A model generated the notes under the pieces. The model was not told where the DNA came from and ran no database searches. It saw only the letters and a program-made list of their open reading frames with translations. Shown one piece after another: positions 31,444-41,280 of a stretch of DNA of 64,000 bases (positions within the stretch are counted from its first letter, which is position 1; every line of letters starts with the position of its first letter). Location: IMG/VR virus record IMGVR_UViG_3300033155_001073; one strand, 5' to 3'. The DNA is from a virus (taxonomy: Duplodnaviria > Heunggongvirae > Uroviricota > Caudoviricetes > Schitoviridae). A program made the translations under genes and the position numbers.

Positions 31444-31790
31444 TATTCAGCAAGCCCTTCAACACGCATTAACTCAAGTTCTGCCTCGCTAGATGCAACT
31501 GCACCTTCAGCGGCTCGCCCTTGTTGTACAACAGCGTAGAAGTATTGGCGTAAACGACCAATAGCTAAAATATCTTTGTGCATCTCACTCTGATTATGCT
31601 CATCTGCCAATGCAGGAGAAGCTAATGCACCTACTAATCGAACTGCTTCATCTTCAAAGTAACCTTTTTCGATAATTTCTTTGAAGTCCTTGTTATCCAC
31701 TAACCGATAAAATACTTTCATGCGGTCAATAGTAGCTTGGGCAGCTTCAATAGTTAATTCAATTTCTTGTACGTCATTTTCATTATTCAT
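31443..31790 (-). CDS. hypothetical head-assembly protein (115 aa)
   Basis: ATGA coupling. Confidence 0.4.
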   Translation of the reverse strand: MNNENDVQEIELTIEAAQATIDRMKVFYRLVDNKDFKEIIEKGYFEDEAVRLVGALASPALADEHNQSEMHKDILAIGRLRQYFYAVVQQGRAAEGAVASSEAELELMRVEGLAE

Positions 31791-31843
31791 TTCGTGTGTC
31801 CTCTTAAAGAGATATAGTTTTAAAGTGTAGCTACTTTGGCCTA

Positions 31844-34012
31844 TTAGACCTTAGTAACTGGTTGTGTGTCTGTATCAGGGTCTAGTATACTATCAAATGC
31901 TTTTAAATCCAAGTCCGAACCGCGTTTATGGTTCAATTTGTCCATTTCAAAGGCTTTATCTGCTCCAGATTCCTTTTCTAGGAAGGATTGGTCACCTAAA
32001 TCAGCTTTAGTATTTAAGTCACGGGTCTTAGCTTGCTTAAGAGCTATGTCCGCTTCATTCTCTCGAGCCTTGAAGTTTTCATTCATAACCTGTGCTTCTA
32101 ATAGTGAAATTTCTAACTCAGCCTTCTTAACTGCCATTGGATCTGGTTGTGGTACATAAGCTTCAATACGTTTAGCCAAATCAGGCATCTTACGTAGATT
32201 AGCAATGTCACTTAAGATCATCTTAGATAGTTCCGGGTCACCTTGTGGACCCATAGTTTGTAGCATAAAGGCCAATTCTTTGGCTTTTTCATTATCTGAT
32301 TCAGCTGTAGATATAGTTAATGTAAGATCTAACCGGCCCTGTAAGTCATCTCGGCGTACAACTACGAAATCATCATTAGTTATACGGACTACTTCTTCAT
32401 CATCCAGGAACTCGGCATTCATAGAAATAATCTTACGACCTATTTCCTTGATTCCCTGTGCTAAACGGCGAAGTATACCTAGTTCTCGCTTAGACGTAGC
32501 ATCTAATGCACTACGTATCCCTGTAGCTGTATCACCCAGGGCTTGTCCTGATATACCACCATGGAAAGCTTTAACACCTGTTAGACTTTCAGCATCTGCA
32601 TTAGTTGCATTTAAGATATACTCAGCACTACGAGGAATCTCAGGGTACTGGTGCATATGGAATGCAGACTTAGGATCAATACCCGGGTTATATTCATAAT
32701 CTTGGCCACGCTCATACTTACGACGATTTACTACATCAAGTGCGCCTTTCATCGTGGCAATCTGACCATTAGCACTCCGACCCATAGTATCTAACATACC
32801 ACGAGTTACAGCACCTACAATCTTTTGGTTTTCTTCTAATAGTTCACCATCTGGCTCACCATAGATTTCTTTACGTACCGGTAAGTAATGGGCAGCAACA
32901 AATGGTACCTTCTGATCTGGGAATGGATTCTCTTCCATTTGGATCATTACATCACCAACCCAGGTTGCAACGATAGCTTGTAAATTGCCATCGCCTTCTA
33001 CATCCCTGTACCCCCAATATTCCTTTACACCAAACCGTTTACGGGCTTTATCACTAAAGTTAAAGTTCTCATCTTGCTTACTTTTACCAGTTACATCTGG
33101 ATCCAATAGTGTAGATGCCCCTTCTACATTAATCTTATCTAAGTTTTTAAACTTACCTGTGGCTTTGAGCTCAGAGAGAGATGATTCATAACTATAAATC
33201 ACAAATTGAGCTTTATCTAAATCCCCCTGGCATGAAGGGTCGATAATTAAATTCTTATAATCACATATTTCAACTGTAGGCTCATTTTGCAATGTAACCA
33301 TATTAGTCTCTTCTTTCTGGCCCGTACGAACGCGTTCGACAGCACCACCTAGTTTCATACCCTCACGATGCAATTCCTGGTCCGCCGGCGTTAGCTTATC
33401 AAACTCGCTAGGATTCTCTGTCATAAGTTGATGATTTTCTTGGAATTTTTGTACAACACTCATACTTTCAGTTAATCGGTATTCATACACCGGTACTGTT
33501 TCAGTAATTTCTTCTTCATTAAAGGCCCAACCAATACGACAAATGACAGTACCTTCGTCAACTGCAGCACGTATATACTCATCAATGAAGTTAATCTTCT
33601 TAATTTTATGGTTAAACTGGCTATTTAGAACCAACCCATTCTGCTTAGCAGAGGTACGATCCTCAAATGTGACCGGAGCTGTATTAAATAAGTCATCAGT
33701 ACTTAAGAAAGGTTCACTTAGGGCAGCATAGCGCCATTCAGCTTGTTTACGTATGACCTTTGGTACATAAGATGATCTACCTACACGTTTCTTAATACGA
33801 GCAGCACCAGTAACATTTAAGTTCTCGAGCCAACGCTGTACTTTAAGTACGTGGGTATCATGGGCTGGCTTAGCATCTTCTAAATCTTGTTTTAAATCAC
33901 GAACTGTAGGTTCTTTCTCCCAATCTTGAAAAGGAGTAGTATCAGCCACATCTACGACATTTTCTTCAAAAATGCGTAAATCTTCTTTATCTTTTGGATC
34001 TAATAAACTCAT
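31844..34012 (-). CDS. portal protein (722 aa)
   Basis: Size and position upstream of scaffold and capsid; N4 portal gp59 is ~760 aa. Confidence 0.6.
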   Translation of the reverse strand: MSLLDPKDKEDLRIFEENVVDVADTTPFQDWEKEPTVRDLKQDLEDAKPAHDTHVLKVQRWLENLNVTGAARIKKRVGRSSYVPKVIRKQAEWRYAALSEPFLSTDDLFNTAPVTFEDRTSAKQNGLVLNSQFNHKIKKINFIDEYIRAAVDEGTVICRIGWAFNEEEITETVPVYEYRLTESMSVVQKFQENHQLMTENPSEFDKLTPADQELHREGMKLGGAVERVRTGQKEETNMVTLQNEPTVEICDYKNLIIDPSCQGDLDKAQFVIYSYESSLSELKATGKFKNLDKINVEGASTLLDPDVTGKSKQDENFNFSDKARKRFGVKEYWGYRDVEGDGNLQAIVATWVGDVMIQMEENPFPDQKVPFVAAHYLPVRKEIYGEPDGELLEENQKIVGAVTRGMLDTMGRSANGQIATMKGALDVVNRRKYERGQDYEYNPGIDPKSAFHMHQYPEIPRSAEYILNATNADAESLTGVKAFHGGISGQALGDTATGIRSALDATSKRELGILRRLAQGIKEIGRKIISMNAEFLDDEEVVRITNDDFVVVRRDDLQGRLDLTLTISTAESDNEKAKELAFMLQTMGPQGDPELSKMILSDIANLRKMPDLAKRIEAYVPQPDPMAVKKAELEISLLEAQVMNENFKARENEADIALKQAKTRDLNTKADLGDQSFLEKESGADKAFEMDKLNHKRGSDLDLKAFDSILDPDTDTQPVTKV

Positions 34013-34223
34013 ATATTACCTTATTTCCTAATCTTTTATGGAATTTACAGTGTCTCCCAAATATATGGGGACTACCTGTGCTAAAAACTCTATGACCCTT
34101 TAATACGGTATCATAGAGCTCGAAAAACATTCTATATAGTTCTTTGGGCGTAGGCCCTATTGGAAAAGCAACTAAGTACCCTCCAATAGAACGATTATAC
34201 GCGTATTTCATAGTATTAGTCAA
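33987..34223 (-). CDS. hypothetical protein (78 aa)
   Basis: ORF overlapping the portal start by 26 nt. Confidence 0.3.
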   Translation of the reverse strand: MTNTMKYAYNRSIGGYLVAFPIGPTPKELYRMFFELYDTVLKGHRVFSTGSPHIFGRHCKFHKRLGNKVIYEFIRSKR

Positions 34224-34234
34224 TAATATACCTA

Positions 34235-34531
34235 CTACTGTGCTTTATGTGTAGACTTGATTATACCTAATAGAGTGGCATTACGCGCACTCTTTAGTTT
34301 AGAACGACGTTGTAACTTAATGAACGCCTTACACTTAGCTCTACGAATAGCTTCATTCTTTGGATCTGCTATTACAGGAGCCAAACAACCCCACTCATTA
34401 TCTAATACCTTAAGATTAGCCGGTATTACTAACGGCTCAGGATAAGGTAATGGATTCGTTACGTAAGTAGTCCCACACCCACTAAGAAAAATAGTTAGGG
34501 TCAATAGGAGCGCTTTGAGTTTTAATTTCAT
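34235..34531 (-). CDS. o-spanin (outer-membrane lipoprotein), start inside the i-spanin gene
   Basis: Internal Met MKLKLKALLLTLTIFLSGCG has lipobox LSGC. The 146-aa ORF's +1-frame upstream part overlaps the i-spanin. Confidence 0.55.
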   Translation of the reverse strand: MKLKLKALLLTLTIFLSGCGTTYVTNPLPYPEPLVIPANLKVLDNEWGCLAPVIADPKNEAIRRAKCKAFIKLQRRSKLKSARNATLLGIIKSTHKAQ

Positions 34532-34718
34532 TGTTGAGTCCTTTGTTAATTTCTTTAATGGCCTGCGCTTGCACCTTCCGGTTTTCAACCTCCAGTGCCA
34601 GCTTGTCCTTAGCTCGTCCAGCAACTTGTACTTGGAACATAGCGTATACGACAGCCAGGGCAAAACCCAGGGCAACCATGCCCCAAGTCTTTATTGTACT
34701 AAGTCCTGGAATACCCAT
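34482..34718 (-). CDS. i-spanin (N-terminal TM plus periplasmic coiled coil)
   Basis: TM WGMVALGFALAVVYAMF then a charged helical region; overlaps the o-spanin by 50 nt. Confidence 0.5.
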   Translation of the reverse strand: MGIPGLSTIKTWGMVALGFALAVVYAMFQVQVAGRAKDKLALEVENRKVQAQAIKEINKGLNNEIKTQSAPIDPNYFS

Positions 34719-34930
34719 TACTTATCACCTAACGATTTATTAGTAATAGCACGTAGTAATACATTACCTACAACCAATACAAATGATGTAATGCCATAAG
34801 CTTCGGCCCCTAATACTGGCTGTAGCAACGATATAGATGCTTCCGCAGCAATTAGTGCTCCTACAATGGTATTGAACCACATAGTTTTTGACTTAGGTGA
34901 TCCTTTTATTGTGTCTTTTATATTAATCAT
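34718..34930 (-). CDS. holin-like small membrane protein (70 aa, 2 TM)
   Basis: Two hydrophobic segments; immediately upstream of the spanins. Confidence 0.45.
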   Translation of the reverse strand: MINIKDTIKGSPKSKTMWFNTIVGALIAAEASISLLQPVLGAEAYGITSFVLVVGNVLLRAITNKSLGDK

Positions 34931-34965
34931 ATTATTTCCTTTTTAAATTATTAATTGAAAGTAAA

Positions 34966-37900
34966 CTAAAGAGCAACCACTTCAGCATCGGTAAAGCTCC
35001 CTTTGTGGACAGTGAAGTTGTTGATGCCGCCGGTTTGCTGTGATATTCCGTTTAGGTGTCCTATGTCAAATTCTGAGGATAAAACTGCATCATCTGTATT
35101 TGAGTCCCCTGTGGCTTTAACGTCATTTATCCACCCATCCATCCCTAGCGCTGAATCCATCCTGAACTTTATAGTGTAAGTTGTTCCAGCTACGTGGGTG
35201 AGGCTTGGAGCTATTGAAGTGGTTGTCCCTGACACTGTTTTTCTTATAAAAAGTGATGCTCCTGCATAAATATCTAGCCAATTACTAGCGTCCGTGTATG
35301 AACCCATCAGAGCTGCATTTGTCTGCCCCTCCGCAGTAGGTGTCCAATCAAAACTAAACACACAATCATTAACAGGGATATAATCTGTAGGGTACGAGAG
35401 CTCATCCTTATTACGGGTTACAGCAGAGCCTTCTACAATTATTTCAGAGGTGGAGAAAGCCCCTTCTTCTAGTTGGTTTAGGATGAAGTAAACAACAGAG
35501 CCAGAAGTTGCGCCGAGCACAAGCTGCTTTGCAGTTGTTGACGGTGTTTTATTCACGCTTCCATAAGAAACATAAGAGCTTGTTAGCGTGTGATTTACTG
35601 AGTGCTCACCACCGCCAACCCCTAATAATGTCTGTCCTGTTCCAGTTCCGCGTATAAAACCCTTCCATGAGTGAGCGTTAGTGTTTCCAACCGCACCACC
35701 TAAAACATAAAGCGCATCAACCGCGCCAGATGTATTATCTATTTTCAACACTAAATTATCAGTGCATACACCATCAAGACCCGCGCTGGCTAACTCAGCA
35801 GAATCAGTAACAACACCATACAAAGAAGCCCCATCTCCTCCTGATGCTGTAACCCCTGTAACACCGGCTGAATTAAACGCTGCTAGAGTACCCATAGCCA
35901 CAGCCCCACTATCAGGATTAGCATTATAGTTAGTACATTTATTTGTTCTTGCCACTTCACCAAAATACCCAATAGGTGTACCATCACTTACTAGTAAACC
36001 TCTGATTATACTTGCAGCTATCCTGCTTAAACTATAATCATACCAATCTGTTGTTGCGAAGTTGGTTAGTAGGCAAGTTGAATCAGGTAATTGTTGTATC
36101 AATAAATTATCAATTTTTCCTACAAATCCAGAGGCATGCCAGGCTAGTAACCCACCGACATTATCAGCGGAACCTGCTATAACCATTATACTATGTGTGC
36201 CTACTGTATTAATAGCAGGAGCAGGGACTGCACCACCTCTTAATTTTGCGTTGACAGCTCCACTGGTATATTCTGTGATATCAAATGTAATTAAATAAGG
36301 GTCACCAGTAACAATAGGAATTGTTAAAGTTGTGACAGACTGGTTTACAATCCATAACCATGCTGCTGCTGCGGTTGCATTTACTTCCCCATCAGATATA
36401 GTTACTCCAGAGCCTTTACTCCAAATAGTATCAGTGTCAAAATTAGAATTTACAAATCTATTCTCACTTATAGAAGCACCATTTGGTAATTCTCTGATTA
36501 CAATATCATCAAAATAGAATTCTGAACCAATATCGCCAGTAGCATTAAAAAGTGCTAAATTAACACCAGTAAGAGCTGTTCCAGTAATACTAAATTCTTC
36601 CCACGTATCAAAGGCATCTGGGGTAACAGTAAAAATGTCACCACCAATATCAATTCTTACGAAAGCATTTGATCCAGTAGGTCTATAAACCTTACCTGAA
36701 ACTTGATATGGTCTACCTACTGTTAGAATATTAGAGGCTAATTTACCTTCATAACCTGATGCTGCTATTCTTATAATTTTTAAACTTCCTCCACCAAAAG
36801 CATCCCATACACCTGCCGCCGATTGGCTACCATAAGTAACCCAACCATCAATATCAGTATTAAATGTACCATTGATTTCTACCTTTGGGCCTATTATTCC
36901 GGCTCCATGAGGTAACTGATAATCTTCCGAACCAGAATCAAAAACGTAATTTGTTACAACATCTTCTGCGCCTGATTGGTCGGTGAATTTTGTTGAGAGG
37001 ATTTGACCATTGAAAAACTGAGAGGGTGCTGTACCAATACCAATGCAGCCAATCGTATTTATGACAACATCGTTGACTGTTGTACTACCTAATGATGCCT
37101 TAGTGTCACCATCTAATTTTAGTCCAATAGTTGAACCTGAACGATAAGCTATAACTTTATGTACCTTGCCATCCCTATGTGCTTCTGAATGAGCCCATTG
37201 TACGGTATCAGTTATCGTAGTTCTAAACACCAAGTAGCCAGATGGATTATTCGCCTGTAAAAAATTCTCATTAGTTGCGGCAATTGTATCTCCAAATAAT
37301 GCTTCATCAATACCGGTGCTGGTACTAGAAAACTCAACCTCAACCTCAAAATCCCCAGTAAAAGTAATCGGTGTATCAAGTGTGCCATATTCAGTACCAG
37401 TAAAATTTAAAACCTTACGAGTATCTTCTAATGATATACCTTCTGCTTCAGTAACAACATTATCAGTTACAGTATTACCATTGGCTGTCATGAAGCATTT
37501 AACACCGTCTACGTTTGAGCCGTGGGATAGGGATTTCCAAGAAATACCACTGTATGATGATGTATCAGAAAACCCTGCTTGCACCCATAGAATTGAACTT
37601 GCAGTAGTTGTTGCTATGAACGTTAAAACGTAATCACCATTAGCAGATAAAGAAACGCTTTGAATTGTTGCGCCTCCACCATTAACAACGTTCCTTGCAT
37701 ACATTATAGGTGTACCACCAGTGGCAGAATCTCTAGTAACTCTAATTACATAAGGATGCCCAACTATAGTATCAATATTAATATAAGCTCTTGTTTGCGA
37801 TACCCCATCACCTGTCATGGTAAAGCTGTAATCGCCAATATTTGAAATGGTGGAGTTATTGGCAACAGGAGAATAATACTCACCTTTAGCTAAATCATTA

Positions 37901-38598
37901 CTACCAACCCCAACACCTGTGCTTACATACCCGTCAGGGATTGTGGGGTCACTTGCGCCATTCTTTATTTGAATCATCCCTTTCATAACCGTAATAGAAC
38001 TGCCGTCTGTCGGCAATAAAATATCTAAGGTTAGACTCGTTGTCCCTGAATTTGAAAGTCTTGAAGCTGTCCATCTTTTAAAAGTATTAGAGTCATCAAT
38101 AGTTATTGATGTGTTAGTTCCAATTCCACCATCAAAAGCTCTAAGTTCAATATCGTTATAAGTAGTTTTGCCATAAATACTAACAACAAAATTTTGCGCC
38201 CCTAGGCCAGCACCTGCTGCGTATACTCGCGCATTTGCCGCATCAGCAGTAAGAGTGTAAGTATCATCCCCATTATCTACAATCGAAGCATTTACAGTTG
38301 ACCATGTAGTTACATCTTCAGAATCAGCTAATAAATTCTCAACTCTACGCTGCCCTTGAAACCTCACCTCACCACTTAATACATTGCGAATAACACCTTC
38401 ATGGTCTTCAACGGTTGCAGTTGTAGCACGCGCAAATGTACCTTGATCACCAGTAATACCTAATAAAGATGACTTAGCTAACTTAAATGGGAGAGCAGGA
38501 GCCTTACCATAAACATTATTACCAGAATCACCATAAGAATTATTCTCATATACTGTACCCTGGCTACGTAAACCATTTAATCCATAAACATTATTCAT
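34966..38598 (-). CDS. large tail protein (1210 aa; N4 gp65-like position)
   Basis: Size, Gly/Thr/Ser-rich beta composition, position. Confidence 0.45.
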   Translation of the reverse strand: MNNVYGLNGLRSQGTVYENNSYGDSGNNVYGKAPALPFKLAKSSLLGITGDQGTFARATTATVEDHEGVIRNVLSGEVRFQGQRRVENLLADSEDVTTWSTVNASIVDNGDDTYTLTADAANARVYAAGAGLGAQNFVVSIYGKTTYNDIELRAFDGGIGTNTSITIDDSNTFKRWTASRLSNSGTTSLTLDILLPTDGSSITVMKGMIQIKNGASDPTIPDGYVSTGVGVGSNDLAKGEYYSPVANNSTISNIGDYSFTMTGDGVSQTRAYINIDTIVGHPYVIRVTRDSATGGTPIMYARNVVNGGGATIQSVSLSANGDYVLTFIATTTASSILWVQAGFSDTSSYSGISWKSLSHGSNVDGVKCFMTANGNTVTDNVVTEAEGISLEDTRKVLNFTGTEYGTLDTPITFTGDFEVEVEFSSTSTGIDEALFGDTIAATNENFLQANNPSGYLVFRTTITDTVQWAHSEAHRDGKVHKVIAYRSGSTIGLKLDGDTKASLGSTTVNDVVINTIGCIGIGTAPSQFFNGQILSTKFTDQSGAEDVVTNYVFDSGSEDYQLPHGAGIIGPKVEINGTFNTDIDGWVTYGSQSAAGVWDAFGGGSLKIIRIAASGYEGKLASNILTVGRPYQVSGKVYRPTGSNAFVRIDIGGDIFTVTPDAFDTWEEFSITGTALTGVNLALFNATGDIGSEFYFDDIVIRELPNGASISENRFVNSNFDTDTIWSKGSGVTISDGEVNATAAAAWLWIVNQSVTTLTIPIVTGDPYLITFDITEYTSGAVNAKLRGGAVPAPAINTVGTHSIMVIAGSADNVGGLLAWHASGFVGKIDNLLIQQLPDSTCLLTNFATTDWYDYSLSRIAASIIRGLLVSDGTPIGYFGEVARTNKCTNYNANPDSGAVAMGTLAAFNSAGVTGVTASGGDGASLYGVVTDSAELASAGLDGVCTDNLVLKIDNTSGAVDALYVLGGAVGNTNAHSWKGFIRGTGTGQTLLGVGGGEHSVNHTLTSSYVSYGSVNKTPSTTAKQLVLGATSGSVVYFILNQLEEGAFSTSEIIVEGSAVTRNKDELSYPTDYIPVNDCVFSFDWTPTAEGQTNAALMGSYTDASNWLDIYAGASLFIRKTVSGTTTSIAPSLTHVAGTTYTIKFRMDSALGMDGWINDVKATGDSNTDDAVLSSEFDIGHLNGISQQTGGINNFTVHKGSFTDAEVVAL

Positions 38599-38609
38599 AT
38601 GATTACCTA

Positions 38610-38918
38610 TTAATCTTGAATGGCTTTAACTAAAACGGTTACAGTACCTGATCCTGCATAAGTATCAATATCTGCACTCATAAAATCTACACCCATACCA
38701 TTTAGAAAGAATAGTTGACCTTCCGCAATAATATCCCGGGTAACCATATTATTTAGCCCATCATTAGATAAGCCTCCATTAATGGAAATGGTAAGTGCAG
38801 TAACTGTACCTTCAATATGTACATCTACAGTGTAGCGCTTTGCGTTATCACAAGCTTGTCCCTTGCCTGTAGCAGTTGCACTCTTATCGACAAGTAATCT
38901 ATTTAATTGGTGACTCAT
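38610..38918 (-). CDS. hypothetical protein (102 aa)
   Basis: ORF. Confidence 0.4.
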   Translation of the reverse strand: MSHQLNRLLVDKSATATGKGQACDNAKRYTVDVHIEGTVTALTISINGGLSNDGLNNMVTRDIIAEGQLFFLNGMGVDFMSADIDTYAGSGTVTVLVKAIQD

Positions 38919-38960
38919 GGTTGTTCCTCTTTATTTAATATCTAGTTGTTTAAGAAAATA

Positions 38961-39014
38961 CTTTTAAATATAAGTTTACCCTAACACACCAGGTACTCTT
39001 AAATATAAGTTTAC
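38961..39014 (-). promoter_or_regulatory. tandem 19-bp direct repeat c(t/c)tttaaatataagtttac x2; candidate late promoter elements
   Basis: Copies at 38961-38979 and 38996-39014; antisense reads gtaaacttatatttaa with a -10-like TATATT. Confidence 0.3.
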
Positions 39015-39290
39015 TATAGCTGAGATAGCAACACCGGCTGTAGAAATCCCTGCAACCCAAGCCAATACTTTCGTCTCAAAGACTCTTAGTGCTGATGTAT
39101 TATCACTCATTTTAACCACATACTCTTCTAACGTATCATAAATACGGTCAAAGTGTACTTTATCTTCTTTCTTATGGTCTTCAAATTCTTTATTTGATAC
39201 CTTTTGTAATGTTTGTATCTTTGCCAGCTCTACCAGGAGCGTGGTCATATCATTTTGGGCCATTGTTGTACACTCTACTTTTTTAGTCAT
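38976..39290 (-). CDS. small protein with C-terminal TM helix (104 aa)
   Basis: C-terminal GISTAGVAISAIVNLYL; adjacent to the amidase. Confidence 0.4.
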   Translation of the reverse strand: MTKKVECTTMAQNDMTTLLVELAKIQTLQKVSNKEFEDHKKEDKVHFDRIYDTLEEYVVKMSDNTSALRVFETKVLAWVAGISTAGVAISAIVNLYLRVPGVLG

Positions 39291-39765
39291 TGTTAATTCC
39301 TATATCCCTTAAAAACATTGCCCAAGGGAATCCTTCTCCTGGATCTACTTTACGTTCTGGTGAGATATCACTATGTCGTAAGACTTCAGTAATACCCCAA
39401 TGTTTCATCCAGAACTTAACTTGCTCTACACCTACTTCATACTGTTGTGCCGTTATATATGGAGTACGTATAGTATTAAGAAACGTACCATATGTGTGTA
39501 CTCCTGCTACAAGAAACTCTAGCCCTAAAGTATCTGTATTATGTCCTAAAGCATGGTAAGCTCCTTCAATATCTCCTCGACATCGGTAGTTAGTACCATC
39601 TGGAGCTATTATAGCATGGGCAGATAAGCCAATACTAGCTAAATACTGGACAGCATGGTTCTCTGGCCCAGGTGCTCCAATATACTCCCCCATCGCATGA
39701 ATTATAATCCTCTTAGGAGTTTGTGATGATGCTCCATCTGGAAGAGGGGTAATTAGCTGTTTCAT
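39283..39765 (-). CDS. N-acetylmuramoyl-L-alanine amidase (T7 lysozyme-like, Amidase_2)
   Basis: Block-wise match to T7 gp3.5: IIIHAM/IFVHCS, SAHAIIAPDGT/GYHFIIKRDGT, GAYHALGHNTDTLGLEFLVAG/AVGSHAKGYNHNSIGVCLVGG, C-terminal HSD...P. Confidence 0.8.
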   Translation of the reverse strand: MKQLITPLPDGASSQTPKRIIIHAMGEYIGAPGPENHAVQYLASIGLSAHAIIAPDGTNYRCRGDIEGAYHALGHNTDTLGLEFLVAGVHTYGTFLNTIRTPYITAQQYEVGVEQVKFWMKHWGITEVLRHSDISPERKVDPGEGFPWAMFLRDIGINND

Positions 39766-40085
39766 TATAACTCTGCTTTACGTGCTGCTTTAGCTTGAGC
39801 AAGTAATGCTATAGCATTTGCAGGACTTATTGCTTTTAATACAGCAATAAGCGCAGGTGTAAATTCAGCTTCAATTTGTGTATCCTTTTCAGCATCAATA
39901 GCTATATTGAGTTCCCCTTGTGTAGCAGGACGAAGACCATCTTCTGTATCATTTAATCTTTCATTATTCATGTCAGGCATAAGACTAACAAATAATTGAA
40001 TATGAGTAGTTGGATTATGGTCAATGTCATCCCATCGAGAAAAACTTTCAATTTTCTTAGTTGCCTTGTTACATAGTACTTTCAT
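39765..40085 (-). CDS. hypothetical protein
   Basis: ORF; ATGA coupled. Confidence 0.4.
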   Translation of the reverse strand: MKVLCNKATKKIESFSRWDDIDHNPTTHIQLFVSLMPDMNNERLNDTEDGLRPATQGELNIAIDAEKDTQIEAEFTPALIAVLKAISPANAIALLAQAKAARKAEL

Positions 40086-40882
40086 TATATCTGCCCTCTC
40101 TCAACTTTCCAGCCAACTGTTTTCATGTAGAAATTTCCCTGAGTAGTATTCGCTCTTGTGCTTATCTGACTTAATAAATTAGTTAGTATTCCCATCTGAA
40201 TCCCACCGCCCTCACCACTTGATGTAGTGTGATAAAGTGTTCCTGTCCCATTATCGGTAGTAACCGCAGCATCAGCTGCGTATGGTGAATAAATTCTCCA
40301 ATATGTAGGGCCAACAGTAGTGTCCTGCATACTTATCTCTATTCTTGCTAAACATGAAATTCCAAGAGGCGTGACTCCTGTTCGTTCCACCCTTGATGTT
40401 GCCAATGTACCTGAATAAAATAACTGTGGAAGATCCAATACAATTTCATCACCAATTTGTGTAAATCCTAAAATATTGTTAGATCCATCAGTTAAGACGG
40501 AACCAATCCATTTATAAGCAGTATAACCTGCAGGAATATTTGCAGCTGTAATAGATGTATCGAAGCCTACATCTATGCTTCCATCACTGTCTTTTTCAAT
40601 AAGAAAAACATGATACCAAGTATCAATTGCAACAGTACCAGAAAACAATCCACCTACATTTGTACCTGGATTAAAAGCCCCATCAAGCTTTTTAGTTAAC
40701 CCAGATGATAAACTCATAGTAGTAGTGTCTGCTAAATCTCGTGCAGTACCTGAGGATATATCAATATCCTTATTACTATCAGTTACATTATTTGAAAGGG
40801 TTAACCCAAAAATAAGTCCTTTGAAACTTAGTTGAGGAATGATATCTGCAGGTATATCTGCTAATTCTCTACTAGAGCCCAT
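40085..40882 (-). CDS. tail-associated protein (265 aa)
   Basis: Late operon. Confidence 0.4.
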   Translation of the reverse strand: MGSSRELADIPADIIPQLSFKGLIFGLTLSNNVTDSNKDIDISSGTARDLADTTTMSLSSGLTKKLDGAFNPGTNVGGLFSGTVAIDTWYHVFLIEKDSDGSIDVGFDTSITAANIPAGYTAYKWIGSVLTDGSNNILGFTQIGDEIVLDLPQLFYSGTLATSRVERTGVTPLGISCLARIEISMQDTTVGPTYWRIYSPYAADAAVTTDNGTGTLYHTTSSGEGGGIQMGILTNLLSQISTRANTTQGNFYMKTVGWKVERGQI

Positions 40883-41280
40883 TATACTATTACTCCCTTT
40901 AACTCATTGATGTTTACCGCATCTTCAATCGCGGTTTGTAAAGCACTATCAGCAGCACGTATTGTAACCCTGGCTGTTTCAGCAGCTGCTCGTTCACTAT
41001 CTTGAGCAGGAATATTTAAAGCAATCACAGCATCATGTGGTGCGAAGTCAATAGCACGTTTTGTTCTACGCAATTCATGTGCTTCTACTTTAGCTTTGGC
41101 CATATCATACCCAAGAACACCGTTAGTGAGATTCCAAGCACCACGATATTGTTTATCGTCAGGTGCTTGTACTTCCCAGTATGGGGTGTTAGGTATGCCG
41201 GTGACAATATCAACTGATTCAGGATACATACATGCGGCAACAATTGTCTGACCATCTATTATAGTTTCAAATACAATCAT
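40882..41280 (-). CDS. hypothetical protein
   Basis: ORF. Confidence 0.4.
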   Translation of the reverse strand: MIVFETIIDGQTIVAACMYPESVDIVTGIPNTPYWEVQAPDDKQYRGAWNLTNGVLGYDMAKAKVEAHELRRTKRAIDFAPHDAVIALNIPAQDSERAAAETARVTIRAADSALQTAIEDAVNINELKGVIV

